Assembly: GCA_964016885.1 (NCBI GenBank)
Contig: OZ024749.1
Coordinates: forward strand, 55,056,001 to 55,120,000
DNA from: Eledone cirrhosa
Lineage: Eukaryota
Length of the DNA stretch: 64,000 bases
Direction: 5' to 3'
Made by a program: the position numbers and the translations under genes. This document shows positions 1 through 13,788 of this stretch, one piece after another. Each line of letters starts with the position of its first letter. Within the stretch, counting starts at the first letter, position 1. The notes under the pieces are model-generated. The model searched no databases and was not told the origin of the DNA. It was given only the letters and a program-made list of their open reading frames with translations.

Positions 1-241
1 ACAAATTAAACATAGGTTTCTTTTTTTATATATGTATAGAGAAAGAAATGGAGTTTATCTCTGTTGCCAATAGCAAATATTTGATCATGTGGCAAATTAT
101 TGATAGTAATTATTTGTGTAGAGAAGCGTACACCGATATCTGCTTACGTAGGTATAGTTACTGAGATTATATGCATACAAACACATACACACACATATAT
201 ATCTGTATATGTGTGTGTGTGTGTATTCATGCATGTACTTA

Positions 242-309
<68 letters not shown>

Positions 310-311
<2 letters not shown>

Positions 312-504
312 TGGTACTACGGTTTTGCAGCATTTAGTTGCAGCCCCCTTTGTTCTGAGTTCAAATCTCACTGAGTTCAACTTCGCCTATCTTCCATTAG
401 GGTCGATAAAATAAAGTACAAGTCACGTACTGTGGTCACTCTAATCGACTCTCCCCACTCATCAACAGATTGTCGGCCTTGTGCCAAAATTAGAAAACAT
501 TATT
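310..504 (+). mobile_element. Major SINE family copy (diverged)
   Basis: Core ttctgagttcaaat...gggtcgataaaataaagtac...ggccttgtgccaaaattagaaa plus an (att)n-type tail. Confidence 0.75.
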
Positions 505-997
505 ACGAAGAGATGGAAGGGTACTTTAGATGCACTACGATTCAATTTTGCGATTCCCACCCACCTCACAAAAAAAAAAAAATAATGAAAACCAAAATTA
601 ATTATAGAAACTCATACACGTTTAGACAAGAAGATAGCGAAGAAGTACGAGTTTCCTATCTAATAAATTGAAATACGTTATTCAAATATGTCATAAATGC
701 TATGATATCTGAATGCTATATTAATTTAGTGTGGAATAACATAGAGATAACAAAATAACACTATAAACTCTCCGTCTGTATTGTATATTAAGTTCAGAAT
801 TTATGCTTCGTCAATTAAGAATAGGATGAGAGCGTACGATAAAGTTATACTTGTTAGAAAATGAATGTATTCGCCTACACACATACGTGTGTGTGTGTGT
901 GTAGTTATGTGGCTGTCTGTGTGCATGTATATGTGCTTGTGCGTATGTGTGTACATATAAAAATATTGATTAAATATATACAGATAAAAGTATATAT

Positions 998-1113
<116 letters not shown>

Positions 1114-3175
1114 TGAATCATTTGTATCAGCACTGAATAGCTATTCAGTACCTAAATATATATATATATAAGCACCTATCTATGTATTTATCTTTTAATA
1201 TGTAGATCTAACTAATAGCATATATATGTGTATGTGTCTATGTATGTCTCTATGTGTCTGTGTATGTGTGTGTGTTTATGTGTTTTTATGTGTATTAATT
1301 CTACCCTTTTTATTACATAGTTGATAAATTATATGTATTTGTTATGATACACTCATATGTGTATGGTATGTGATTTATGTAAACGAGTAAGAACGTATAT
1401 CTGCGTGTAGAAATACTGTGTATGTATGTTATTATAATATGTGTGTGATTATTATATGTATGTGTATATTTATCTCAGTGTAATATTAGTGAGATTGTGC
1501 GCAAAATTTTATGATAGGCTGCTATTAATCCATTGACTTATATAGATCAGTTAAAGATATAGCTAACTTCCTTTCACAGATATTAAAACTTTCCAAACAG
1601 GTTATATATTCAAATGATTATTTCTCATACTCCTTGCAATATTTCAAGTGTCATCAAAATAATAAATATATGATAAAAAACAAACATGTATACACATATG
1701 AAAAACAAATATAATAATAATAAAATGGCCCCCAAATTCCCAATTATATATCAGTGTACCCAATACTTTGATAGGTTTTCCAATATTACTATCATAGAAA
1801 AAAAAGGTAATAAAATTTATGTTCGTCTTCAAAGGCTAATCATTAATGTTATTATGACTGAGAAGTAGAGGAAGTGCCAACCCATAGTTTCGACCATCAA
1901 GCGTACAAGCTTGTTGCTCGACATCTAAAACCATTTACGCAGCGCCGCATGGGTCGATATTACTGCATTGCTGTCTGAAGTGTACTTAATGCTTAATGCA
2001 TACCTACAAATCTTCAAAGAAGTCAAGTATTGCTATTACCTTTTTTTTTTATTTCATTTCATTCTTCTCTCTTCAGACTATGAATATCTACTATGGTAAT
2101 ATCGTATCTATTAGTAGAACATTGCTTTAGTAGCAGATATCTTTTTTGTCAAGTTTCTAACAGTTTTCTATAAACTAGACAAAGATATGAATTGTATATA
2201 TGAAACTTAAATATGCAACTATACACAAAGTTTTGTGAGATATTTGGCTTTGAGGTGCCCCACCACACCCATCTCTTTACATTATCGCTTTAATTTCTCC
2301 AATTGAAGAATCGTTCTCTCTGTTTTGTAAAGTTTCTATCTGTCTGTTGGGGTTCAAAATGTCAAAAGATGAATCGGAAAAAGTCAGGATGAACGGGAGA
2401 CGAACGTGAGAGAATAATCCTACATTTTATTTAATTTCTAATAAATAAAAAATGCCACTGTTTTCGAATTGACTAACAAGATCGTTAATATATTTACTAT
2501 ATTTATATGCATGAAGATATTAACACGACTTCATTCCTTTATAAAGCAAACTTGTAGTTGACTTGGGGATTATTTATTAAAAGTTAAGCAAAAAAGGGAG
2601 ACAAATAGTTTGGTATTTCACTTTAGATGATATATTAAAACCGAAATATTAAATAATATATTAACGCTGAATATTATATTATATTTTAATGTACGTTTCC
2701 TTGGGAATTTAACGTATGACTAAATATTGCACGTTTTAAGTCTGGATAAAAATACTTAATAAGAAATTGAGAATATTTAGTAAAATATATGGATTTTTTT
2801 ATAAAAAGGTTACAGCTTAAATTCTGGTTCGAAGAAGGAAATTTTTATAGATTTAAAATAATCCAATATCTCATATGTTTGTTGATGCTGTTGTTGACTC
2901 TAGATTAGCCTTGGTCGAGCAGATTTATTATCAAAGGGCTTGCAGCAAGAATAAGATCATAATGAGACTGATAGTAAAGTAATAGAATGAGTATCTTCAA
3001 TCTTACCCACTGTATATACCGTATATATATATATACAGTATATATATATACTGTATATATATATATGTATGTATGTGTGTATGTATATAGGTATGTATGT
3101 ATATGTGTAGGAAGGGTTATTGTGCGAGTACAAAAAGCATACATCTCAAAAATATATATCATCGACATTCAGAAG

Positions 3176-3246
<71 letters not shown>

Positions 3247-3394
3247 GGAAAAAGTATGACCCCGACGGCAGAGCTCAAGCCGTTTCGTCCAGAATAGCCG
3301 TCGAAACGGCATGAGCTCTGCCGTCGGGATCATACTTTTTCTTATTCCCACTCTACTACCCTAAGTATTGAGTACTCAGGTGCGTTATGGTCCA
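3247..3394. mobile_element. Hairpin element family H, copy 1
   Basis: 40-nt arms at 3248-3287 and 3302-3341 with a 14-nt loop, then the tail 'cccactctactaccctaagtattgagtac' shared with copies 2-4. Confidence 0.8.
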
Positions 3395-3404
3395 TATATA
3401 TACG

Positions 3405-3432
<28 letters not shown>

Positions 3433-3438
<6 letters not shown>

Positions 3439-3671
3439 AAAATTATAAAAAATAAACCAAAGAAGCCTTCAATACATCAAAAGTCTTTATTAGCCAACAA
3501 TCTTTCGTCCTATTAAGGACTCATCAGGGCAAGTAAAGCTACAAGAAGCACTATCGGCCAATACAAGCCAAAAACTTCGGCTCTGTTTAATTACATTGAG
3601 CTATATCTTATACTGTCATTTCTATAATATGAAGAGGGTGTTTCACTCTAACACACTCTAGTATTTTAATT

Positions 3672-3675
<4 letters not shown>
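3433..3675. mobile_element. Non-autonomous HHR element (family A) with an internal inversion, inside (TA)n
   Basis: 3433-3577 is the reverse complement of about 22787-22927. 3579-3675 is colinear with about 22930-23026 (ggctctgtttaa...agtattttaat(t/c)ctta). Confidence 0.8.
3493..3530 (-). ncRNA. Hammerhead motif of the same family as 22837, with a damaged stem III
   Basis: The reverse complement reads gcc-CTGATGA-gtcct(taat)aggac-GAAA-gattg-TT-ggc, two substitutions relative to the 22837 copy. Confidence 0.75.
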
Positions 3676-3742
<67 letters not shown>

Positions 3743-3751
3743 GTATATATA

Positions 3752-3884
3752 TGGACCATACTCAATACTTAGGGTAGTAGAGTGGGAATAAGAAAAAGTA
3801 TGACCCCGACGGCAGAGCTCATGCCGTTTCGACGGCAATTCTGGACGAAACGGCTTGAGCTCTGCCGTCGGGGTCATACTTTTT

Positions 3885-3886
<2 letters not shown>
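3752..3886. mobile_element. Hairpin element family H, copy 2 (inverted twin of copy 1)
   Basis: Near-identical reverse complement of 3247-3394, with a 13-nt deletion near one end. Confidence 0.8.
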
Positions 3887-3924
<38 letters not shown>

Positions 3925-3935
3925 TATGTATACAT

Positions 3936-3998
<63 letters not shown>

Positions 3999-4000
<2 letters not shown>

Positions 4001-4310
4001 GAGGTTATATTTAATTTGTTGGCATACAACAAGCAAAATATTTTTATAACTGATATAAAGCACTCAACAAATTATTGGAGTAAATATACAATATATTAAC
4101 AAATGGAAACTATATTTATAAAACTATCCAGGAGATTCCAACCAGAATGGTTGCATTTTTTAAGGGTATGTCAATATTTATTTATAAAACTAACCTATAT
4201 TATATTTTATCTGATGAAAGCGCACCATAGTTTGCTCTGGTGGCCTTTGATATAAGTATAATGAAATAAATATGGTTTTATAAATATAGTTTCAATTTGT
4301 TAATATATTG

Positions 4311-4315
<5 letters not shown>
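3999..4315. mobile_element. Fold-back PLE-like end with a degenerate HHR, between (TA)n arrays
   Basis: 4084-4124 is the reverse complement of 4275-4315 with one mismatch. Between them lies CTGATGA-aagcgcacca...tggtggcctt-tGATA (GAAA box mutated) at 4211-4252. Confidence 0.55.
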
Positions 4316-4381
<66 letters not shown>

Positions 4382-5574
4382 ACGGTGGAATTGAGCCTCG
4401 AGATAAAACAGTCACTCAATTTTGAGAAAATTAAAATAAGAACAACACCCGATATAATTATAAACAATATTATTGTTCACACATCCACAACCTCTACTAC
4501 TATTGCTACTACTCCTACCACGACTACTATAAATATTAGTGTGGTTATTATAAATATTTTGCCAGTCTTATTTTGGTTTTCGTTTCCAATTTACATCTTT
4601 GTCTATTCAATATTTCAAGGAAGTCTATAAAAAAACCCCAGTATTACATCTGTATTCGTTTTAGTTCCAATATTGCAAAAACTCGCCTCCAGCTAATAAA
4701 TACAGTTATGCCTCAAGTTTTATACATACTTACTTATATATGTATGTATATGTATCTATGTGCAAGTTTGTGCACACACACATACGCACGTGTATATATA
4801 TATATATATTAATATATATACATATATTTATACTTACACACACACACACACATACGCACGTGTATATATATATATATATATATAAATATATATACATATA
4901 TTTATACTTACACACACACACACATATGTATATATACATATATATATATAGTACAGATTAAAAGTTTAAGCAATAATAGGTATATAGATATATAGATATA
5001 TATATGTGTGTGTGTTCGTATCTATGTGTTCGTATATGTGTATAGATGTATGTATATATTCCATCCCCGACCACAGAAATATATATGCATACATAAAGTG
5101 AGTATTTTTCAAATTTATCTTATGTTCTCTACATGTTGTTATTCGGTTTCTCCTAACTTGAAACGGCAAATGACACCATGCAGCAACACTTTGGGTGTGA
5201 ATGTGGTAAGACTTATTACCAAATTCCAATATGGAAAAATATACCAAAACTACGCTGAATGCCGGAATATTCGGAACCTGTTTTTTAATAATATTTGAGA
5301 TGTTTCGTGTATAGGCTGAAATAGAAAAAAATATATTCCTGCAAATTTAATTATTGAGAACCAAATAAATACTTGTGTGTATTTCATGAAAAAATAGGTG
5401 TGAGGCAAAATATTTTTTCGTATCTTTATAAAATGTATATTGATGATTTCTGGTGGTTTTGTGTCCTTGTAGACATTTTGACAGATAATAGGGTATTCAC
5501 ACACATATAAAGATACATATATATATGTATATAAAATTAAGTATATATATACACACACATACAGGCACACACAC

Positions 5575-5627
<53 letters not shown>

Positions 5628-5924
5628 TACCAATATATGTATATAAAATTAAGTATAAATACACACACATACAGATACACACACATATATACAGAAAGAG
5701 AGAGAGAGAGTAAGAGAGAGAACGAAAGACAGAGAAAAAGACGGGGAGAGTGAATGATTGAGTGAGTGTGAGAGAGATAGATACATAGATAGGTATAGAT
5801 ATTTCCATTCGAAAATTGAATTTAAAAAAATAAGTAAGAGAACTTTTAAAATGTTGACCTGTAACAGTTTCACGTTAAGTGTTAGTTGTAAATAATGAAT
5901 TATTTGATAATTAATAACATATCT

Positions 5925-6211
5925 ACTTAAAATATTCTTTGGTGCTTCTTAAGTACTTTTTAATAAAACATATTACTCAAAGACAGTCATAATTTGTAGG
6001 TCATTGCTGGAGAAGTAACCAAGAATTTATAGCCAAACTACTATTGTGGGAACCAACTCGCAGGAGACGTAGTGGAGGAAGCCCTGCTCGAATCATCATC
6101 GATCATCTATCAGAAAAAACCTCAGTAGGGAGTTGTTCCATAGAGCAATGGAAAATTGTGAATTGTGGAGAGATTTTTTTAGGCATGTTTGACTGTGGTT
6201 ACAATGATGAT
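5925..6211 (+). mobile_element. 3' end of an RTE/RTE-X-type LINE
   Basis: FVGHCWRSNQEFIAKLLLWEPTRRRRSGGSPARIIIDHL...RAMENCELWR, ending in a short tgatgat tail, matches the typical RTE-clade C-terminus. Confidence 0.75.
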
Positions 6212-6473
6212 ACATGTTAAAATAAAGTACACCATGTCAAGATAAATGTATGGAAGTAACATTAACATACAATCTATAAAATGTATGATAGGGTACAAAA
6301 AATGATGTATGTCTATACTGAAAATAGTATAGAATTACTGTGAGAAAGAACTTTATAATATCTAAATATGAATTCATTCGTTAACACAAATATCCTATAT
6401 CTAGCACGTCAAATAGAAATAATGGTCGTAGTGTCAAGATAAGAGAGTGTTTAATAAACACGTTCCTTTTATT

Positions 6474-6544
<71 letters not shown>

Positions 6545-7206
6545 TGTATATATATATGTATGTATATATATATTAATTTCTATACGTTTTAGCTAAAGTT
6601 AACTTGAAGAAATATTTTCATTGTTCTAGGAAATGTTCTAGGAAAAATTAAAATTAAGTTTGCTAAAAATAAAGAGCTTTCGACGAAAAGTCGGTCAATA
6701 ATTCTGTACCGGCAGAATTTATCTTGATAAAATATTCTTCTTCGAAGCGTCGTTCAATAGAAAGTAAATTCGATAAAGGCTCTGTCATCAGAAAATAGCT
6801 TTATAATATGTATTTCGACGAAATGTCGTTCAAAGCGAAGTCCTGCCACAATTTAATAGATAAGTTTCTCTGTACATGGATGCATTCCTGTTTGTTCATG
6901 GCATTTATGGATATATGTTATATATGTACTTCATGTATGAACGACATTCGTTTATATGTTATATATATATATAGTTATGTTTGTGCTGTATGTATGTATT
7001 ACATGTATGTAAGTGTAAGTGTGTAATTATGTCTGTGTTTACGAATGTCTGATTATGGATGACAGATTATATACATACATACTTATATATATATATATAT
7101 ATATATATACATGTGTGTGTAAATATATATATACAAATATATATAGGTATATATATATATATATACATATACACATGTGTGTGTAAATATATATACACAT
7201 ATATAT

Positions 7207-7244
<38 letters not shown>

Positions 7245-7482
7245 GTATATATGGCGGGGATAGGATTTGTAGATTTTACTGAAGTATTTACGTGTGTACG
7301 AGAGGGATGTAAAAGGTTGGAAAATGAGATGTCAGCCATGGTTTTATGGGTATAGTGGAGAACAGAGAGGGGCAGTTGAGCTGGGCAATGAATGATTTGG
7401 ATGATGTGAAGAGGGAAAATAGATGAAGTACATCGTGTAAATCGAACAAGAGATAGAATTAGTGTGTATGCGAGCGTGTGTG

Positions 7483-7583
<101 letters not shown>

Positions 7584-7794
7584 CGTGTATGTGTATTTCT
7601 GTGTACGTGCGTATGTTTCAGGGAAGGGGGAACGACGAGAATATACAATGAAAACGACAAAGAAATATAAAAAGAATAAATGGAAATATATTCTAAGCAA
7701 TTTGTCATAGAAGCATAGCCCTTAATCAAAATCCTGCGACCGGATTCCTATGCCAGGGATTTAGATTGATATATATGTATATATATATATATAA

Positions 7795-7833
<39 letters not shown>

Positions 7834-7929
7834 CGTACATACATATACATATATATATGTCTGTACGTATACATAGATATATACATATATATATATATAA
7901 ACATACGTACATATATACCCACACACACA

Positions 7930-7970
<41 letters not shown>

Positions 7971-7985
7971 ATATATAATATATAT

Positions 7986-8096
<111 letters not shown>

Positions 8097-8147
8097 TATA
8101 TATATATGTGTGTGTGCGTGTGTGTGTTTGTGTGTGTGTGTATGTAC

Positions 8148-8191
<44 letters not shown>

Positions 8192-8346
8192 GTATATACT
8201 GATTTCAGCTTGGTAACAAATTATATACACTGTAAAATGTACAGTTCGCCATCCTCAGCCCGATATGATTTGAGGAACTCCCTAAATACGGTCATTGTTC
8301 TTGTAATTCCGCCACGAAAATCACCAAGATCTTAAAACCCATCATT

Positions 8347-8629
8347 ATGGTAGTAAGAATGGCTGTTATGTAGCTGGTAGTTATAATTGTTTCTACTTTA
8401 GGCACAAGGCCAGCAATTACCCAGTGCATTACTGGTACTTTATTTTATCGACCCCGTAAGGATGAAAGGCAAAGTTAACCTCTTCAAATCCCGCCGAGGT
8501 AACTTTACCTTTCATCTTTACGGGGTCGATAAAATAAAGTACCAGTAATGCACTGGGTAATTGCTGGCCTTGTGCCTAAAGTAGAACAATTATAACTACC
8601 AGCTACATAACAGCCATTCTTACTACCAT
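8347..8629. repeat. Palindrome made of a SINE 3' half plus unique flank
   Basis: Arms 8347-8482 and 8496-8629 with a 13-nt loop and about four differences. Confidence 0.9.
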
Positions 8630-8695
8630 CGCTATTGTTTTCATCATAACTATGAACATCATGGCGTCTTTATTATCAACCGGCGTCTTTATTAT

Positions 8696-8870
8696 CAGTA
8701 GAGGGTCGGACGTTATGCTTTCACGCATAGAGTTACGGCCCTTGCCATTCTGAGTTCAAATCCCGCCGAGGTTAACTTTGCCTTTCATCCTTATGGGGTC
8801 GATAAAATAAAGTACCAGTAATGCACTGGATCATTGCTGGCCTTGTGCCAAAACTAGAAAAAATATTATC
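8696..8870 (+). mobile_element. Major SINE family copy
   Basis: gtagagggtcggacg...gagttcaaatcccgccgaggttaactttgcctttcatcc...gtcgataaaataaagtaccag, including a B-box-like gagttcaaatc. Confidence 0.85.
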
Positions 8871-9139
8871 AACAGCACAGCCATCAACAAAATCTTACTA
8901 TGACTCTCATGGTATTAACCCCACCATGGCTGCCAAAAAGCGTCCCCTCCACTATCACCATGACTGACCACCACCACCCCCAACACAATTACGATGGACA
9001 ACATCATCTTCAATACCAGTTTCTCTGCCATAACCATCTCCAAGAACACTACTAAACTATCTGTAACACTACAACCAACAACACCACTGCCAACTGCCAC
9101 CAATATGACCATTAACACTGACTCTCAATCCCCAACACC

Positions 9140-9274
9140 ACTACTACCACTACCACCACTAATACTACCCCCCACTACTACTACTACTACTACTACTACC
9201 ACTACTACTACTACTACTACTAGTATTACTACTACCACCACCACCACTACCACTACCACCACTAATACTACCCC

Positions 9275-9305
<31 letters not shown>

Positions 9306-9945
9306 CACTACTACTACTAGTATTACTACTACCACCACCACCACTACTACTACCACCATTAATACCACTACCACTACTACTGCTAGTATTACTACTACTA
9401 CCACTACTACTACTAGTATTACTACTACCACCACTACTACTACTACCACCACCACCACTACTACTACTACCACCATTAATACCACTACCACTACTACTAC
9501 TACTAGTATTACTACTACCACCACTACTACTACCACCACCACCACCATTAATACCACTACCACCACTACTACTACTAGTATTACTACTACCACCACTACT
9601 ACAACCACCACCACTACTACTACCACCATTAATACCACTACCACTACTACTACTACTAGTATTACTACTACCACCACTACTACTACCACCACCACCACCA
9701 CCATTAATACCACTACCACCACTACTACTACTAGTATTACTACTACCACCACTACTACTACTACCACCACCACCACTACTACTACTACCACCATTAATAC
9801 CACTACCACTACTACTACTACCACCACTACTACTACCACCACTACTACTACCACCACCACCACCATTAATACCACTACCACCACTACTACTACTAGTATT
9901 ACTACTACCACCACTACTACTACCACCACCACTACTACTACCACC
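9140..9945. repeat. (ACT/ACC)n trinucleotide array with higher-order units
   Basis: The landmarks 'tagtatt' and 'cattaatac' alternate between variable ACC/ACT runs. Confidence 0.95.
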
Positions 9946-10217
9946 AGCATCACAATTGTTACTACCATCCAATAATTACACCAACCACAGTCACTTTACA
10001 ATCTCCAAGTCTAAACGACTGCCATAGAGGATGGAGCAAGCCTTGACACGCAAACGTTGTTGGAATGGAAAAAAATGAAATATTTAAAGAAATATATAAA
10101 TGGAAGGATGGAAGGAAGAAGAGAAAGGGCTAGAAATATGAGAATAAAGACGGAAGGAACGAAAGTAAGATAGATAAATAGATAGATGGCTGGATAGATG
10201 GATACATGGATGGATAG

Positions 10218-10303
<86 letters not shown>

Positions 10304-10404
10304 ATAGATAGATAGATAGATGGATGTATAGACAGACAGACAGATAAACAGAAAAATAGATTAGATAGATAAGATGGAGGTATATATATATATATATATA
10401 TAGG

Positions 10405-10485
<81 letters not shown>

Positions 10486-11474
10486 AGGGATAAGTGAAAA
10501 TCGAAGCAAAAAAAAAATGAGAAAAAAAAAATTCACCAAAAGTTAATGAAAGGAATACTGCAAAAAAAGATAGAAATAAAAATATAGAAAAGAAAGAAAG
10601 AAAGGATGAAAGAAAAACAGAGCGGTAAAAGAACGAAAGAAGAGGAAAGAAAGAGATCAACAACAACATCAAAATAAGAAAAGATAAGAAGCAACAAAGA
10701 AAATAATATGGTATGACGCTGGCAGTAATTTCAAGTGGATAGTTACATATAATAAAATATAGTATGAGGAATTTGGAGGAGACAAAGTGGGTAGGGGTGA
10801 CTCCATATCTAAGTGTCAAATGATTTATGTTTAGTGTGACGTTAAAATGGAGTGAGAGAATTGGTAGAAACGGCAGGGAGTCTTTTAGAAGAGCTCGTAG
10901 TAGTATATAGTCTTGGCTTTCTGCTCTTAATGTTTCTATCCCGTCCTGATCAGACCAGCTTTGATTGTCTTATTTCCGTGACGATAATCTTAGTCAAATA
11001 ATTGAGTCGATACCTCTCTCTCTCTCTCTCTCTCTCAATAGCTACCCAACCCCCCACACAGTTCTTCTATCTTGGAATAGGTTTCGTGAGGCTATAAGAA
11101 GGGGTCAGGAATAGTCCAAAGATTGGTTAATGTGTGTTAAATAAAAGAGGAAGATTGACTTGGAGAAATGTTGACCTCACCTGGCTTTGAAATCACAATT
11201 TAGAAATCTTGAAGAATGTAAATAAATATATATGCATTGCGTCCGCATGCACACACGCACACTCATATATCAACCATAATACTACACCACGTGTGTTTGT
11301 ATATATAAATATATATATATATCCACTTTAAAAAAAAAAAGTCGTACACAAAACGCCAGCACAAACAGTTTTGCAAGAGATGTCAACATAAATGGATCTG
11401 TTATGTTTATCTAAAGACATTTTTTCCAATTCCAACCCGCCCGTCCCCTCAATCTATCTTATTTCTCATTCTTT

Positions 11475-11509
11475 CTTCTGATGAAGGACTAGCGTCCGAA
11501 ACGTTAAAA
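11475..11509 (+). ncRNA. Hammerhead-like PLE-type motif (extra-A variant)
   Basis: CTGATGA-a-ggac(tagc)gtcc-GAAA-cgtt-a, with palindromic AACGTT in the stem III position. Stem I is weak. The host segment ends in a TA run near 11597. Confidence 0.6.
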
Positions 11510-13326
11510 CCCTCTTCCTGCTATATCAAGCGTTAACCTAATATATCCCTTCCATATACTGTACCGATTGTGTTGTTATTTCTGTTTACCTTTTACATAT
11601 ATATATATATACAAGTCTGTCACCCTCTCCTCTTACCCCTTCTTTCTTTCCTTGCCTAATAATCCTTGCCTTTTCCTTCCTTTTCCTCTCATTCATAGCA
11701 TTTACGGTCCTTTCCAATGCTACTTTATATGGTTGACTAAAAATTAAATTCTTTATCCTTTTTTATGCAAGAAATTACGTTGCACAACAAAATGTACCTC
11801 GTCGAAACAGACGGAGAATCAACAACAGTTATAGTGTTTTACCCTAATTATTTGCTAGCTTTTTATGCCAATTGATCATACAATTGAAAACAAAATACAT
11901 TAAAATATAAAACATCATTAAGATACCAAGCTTACTTCTATCAATAATTACGATGGGTGTCAAGATAATATGATAAAGGCCAATTTTCAATACAGTAATT
12001 TAATTACTAAATTTTCAGCTTCCGAATTCACATATCACTTCTATCAGCTTTTCTTATTTGTCCATATCTCCGGAGAAGTTATTGTAAATAGCAGTGATAT
12101 ATTGGAAGAGATCCAATGGAAATATCTTACCAATACCGAATCATTATTATCACCACCACTACCACACACAACCAACAGCAACAACACCACCAACACCAAC
12201 AGTAACACTCCCACCACTACCAACATCACCACCACCAGGATCAGCCCCAACACCACGATCTAGAATATATTTCAACGCATCTACGAGAGAACCATTTAGT
12301 GGACAATCAACCTGCTAGAAATAATAGCCAAGCCTCTCTATAATTTCAAACTCTACACATCATAAAAAAACTGAAGTCAACGTTCTTTTACTGTAGTCCT
12401 GTATATATAAAAATATATAATGATCAAGGCCGGAAAACGTTTACAAAAATCAACATTAGTTTATAACTTGGAGTTAAACTAAAACGAGGCTTCTAGTTTA
12501 AAACTGCAGCCATAAAGACATTAAAATTATTATTGTAATATTGATTTTGTAATATTGTTGGCATAAATATTTATTATTTAATTATATAACATCAAATTGA
12601 TTTGTTCTCTCTTATTTATAATCCCCCTTCACTGTTGCAAGTAACCTTCATAAACAAGCTGTTTTATTTATTTTCGATGTAATTCGTATAAAATAGATAT
12701 TTTCTAGTCTTGGATTACTGCTGTACTAAAATTATAGATAACATTTATGATATTTCAGTCGCTAGTACAGGATGAAAGTAACCAAACCTTTCCATGGATG
12801 TCGCAATAATTTTTATCTTGAAAATTATGCGTGGACATCAATCTACATGAATATTTATTCTCTTAGGTAATGTCTCTTGTTACAGGAAGCTCGTGTCTAT
12901 GATTATCAAACAGATACCCTCCTTCATGATGAATGTAATCACATGGGAGTGGCCATGAGACTTCTTTTCTACATGCGTGAGCCAAACACAGTAATGCCAT
13001 TATAAAACCAAAGTCTACGCATTTTTTGTCACCATAGTGCAGATCTGATCCCTGGGCACGCCAACTGGCATGGGATCATTAAAAGAAGTATTGGGTTTGA
13101 TGCTAAACTGTATCGGCTCTTCTCTTTCTCTTGGACACAAATCGGTAGCGCATCTATGGGCGACAGCGTATGTATTCTCTTATGCATTCGTTTCTATTAT
13201 ATATGTTTCCGTGGTTATGCATTTCAACAAACATGTTTGTGTATGCATATGTGAGAGATTTTAAATAAATAAGTATATACAAATATTTTTTTCCCATTAA
13301 CATTGTAAGGGGTCTGTCGAGCCGCG

Positions 13327-13435
13327 GATTACAGAGTCAGGATAGATCGATACAGATCGAACCTTGAGCTGATCAGTGGCGAAACGCGCGTCACCAACCA
13401 ATAAAAGTAATGAAGGAGTAACCAACCGTCCTTGT
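13327..13435 (+). mobile_element. PLE-end-like repeat with a variant HHR-like box; second copy at 28091-28202 (-)
   Basis: Both loci share cagagtc..gatcgatacagatcgaaccttgagc..ctgatca..gcGAAAcgcgcgTCaccaa.caataaa. The palindromic ACGCGCGT follows GAA, but there is no canonical CUGANGA. Confidence 0.55.
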
Positions 13436-13573
13436 TATTTTATTTCATATAATACACTCTGTCTAGCTCTACACCTCGACACTGAAGTGAACCTAACATC
13501 GAGTGCTCACCCGGGTGACCCTACAGTAACTCCAAGTTACACTCCCTGGATATATTTATATATATATATGTAA

Positions 13574-13604
<31 letters not shown>

Positions 13605-13788
13605 GTATATATATTTATCTGTGTATATATATATGTATATATGTATATATATTTATCTGCGTATATATATATATATTATATATATATATATGTGTGTATA
13701 TGTATATATATATATATGTATAATGTATACATATATTATATATATATACATATATTATATATATATACATATATATATATAATATATA

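Noticed and set aside
9165-9972. Poly-V / Gly-Ser-rich and mucin-like poly-T ORFs (also 36797-37379, 38897-39607, 63139-63740)
   Set aside because: These are trinucleotide microsatellites open in several frames on both strands, with no splice or domain support.
12886-12990. Possible internal exon (ttgttacag ... gtaatg) with an open frame EARVYDYQTDTLLHDEC...
   Set aside because: I do not recognise the peptide and see no partner exons. RNA-seq or BLASTX would be needed.
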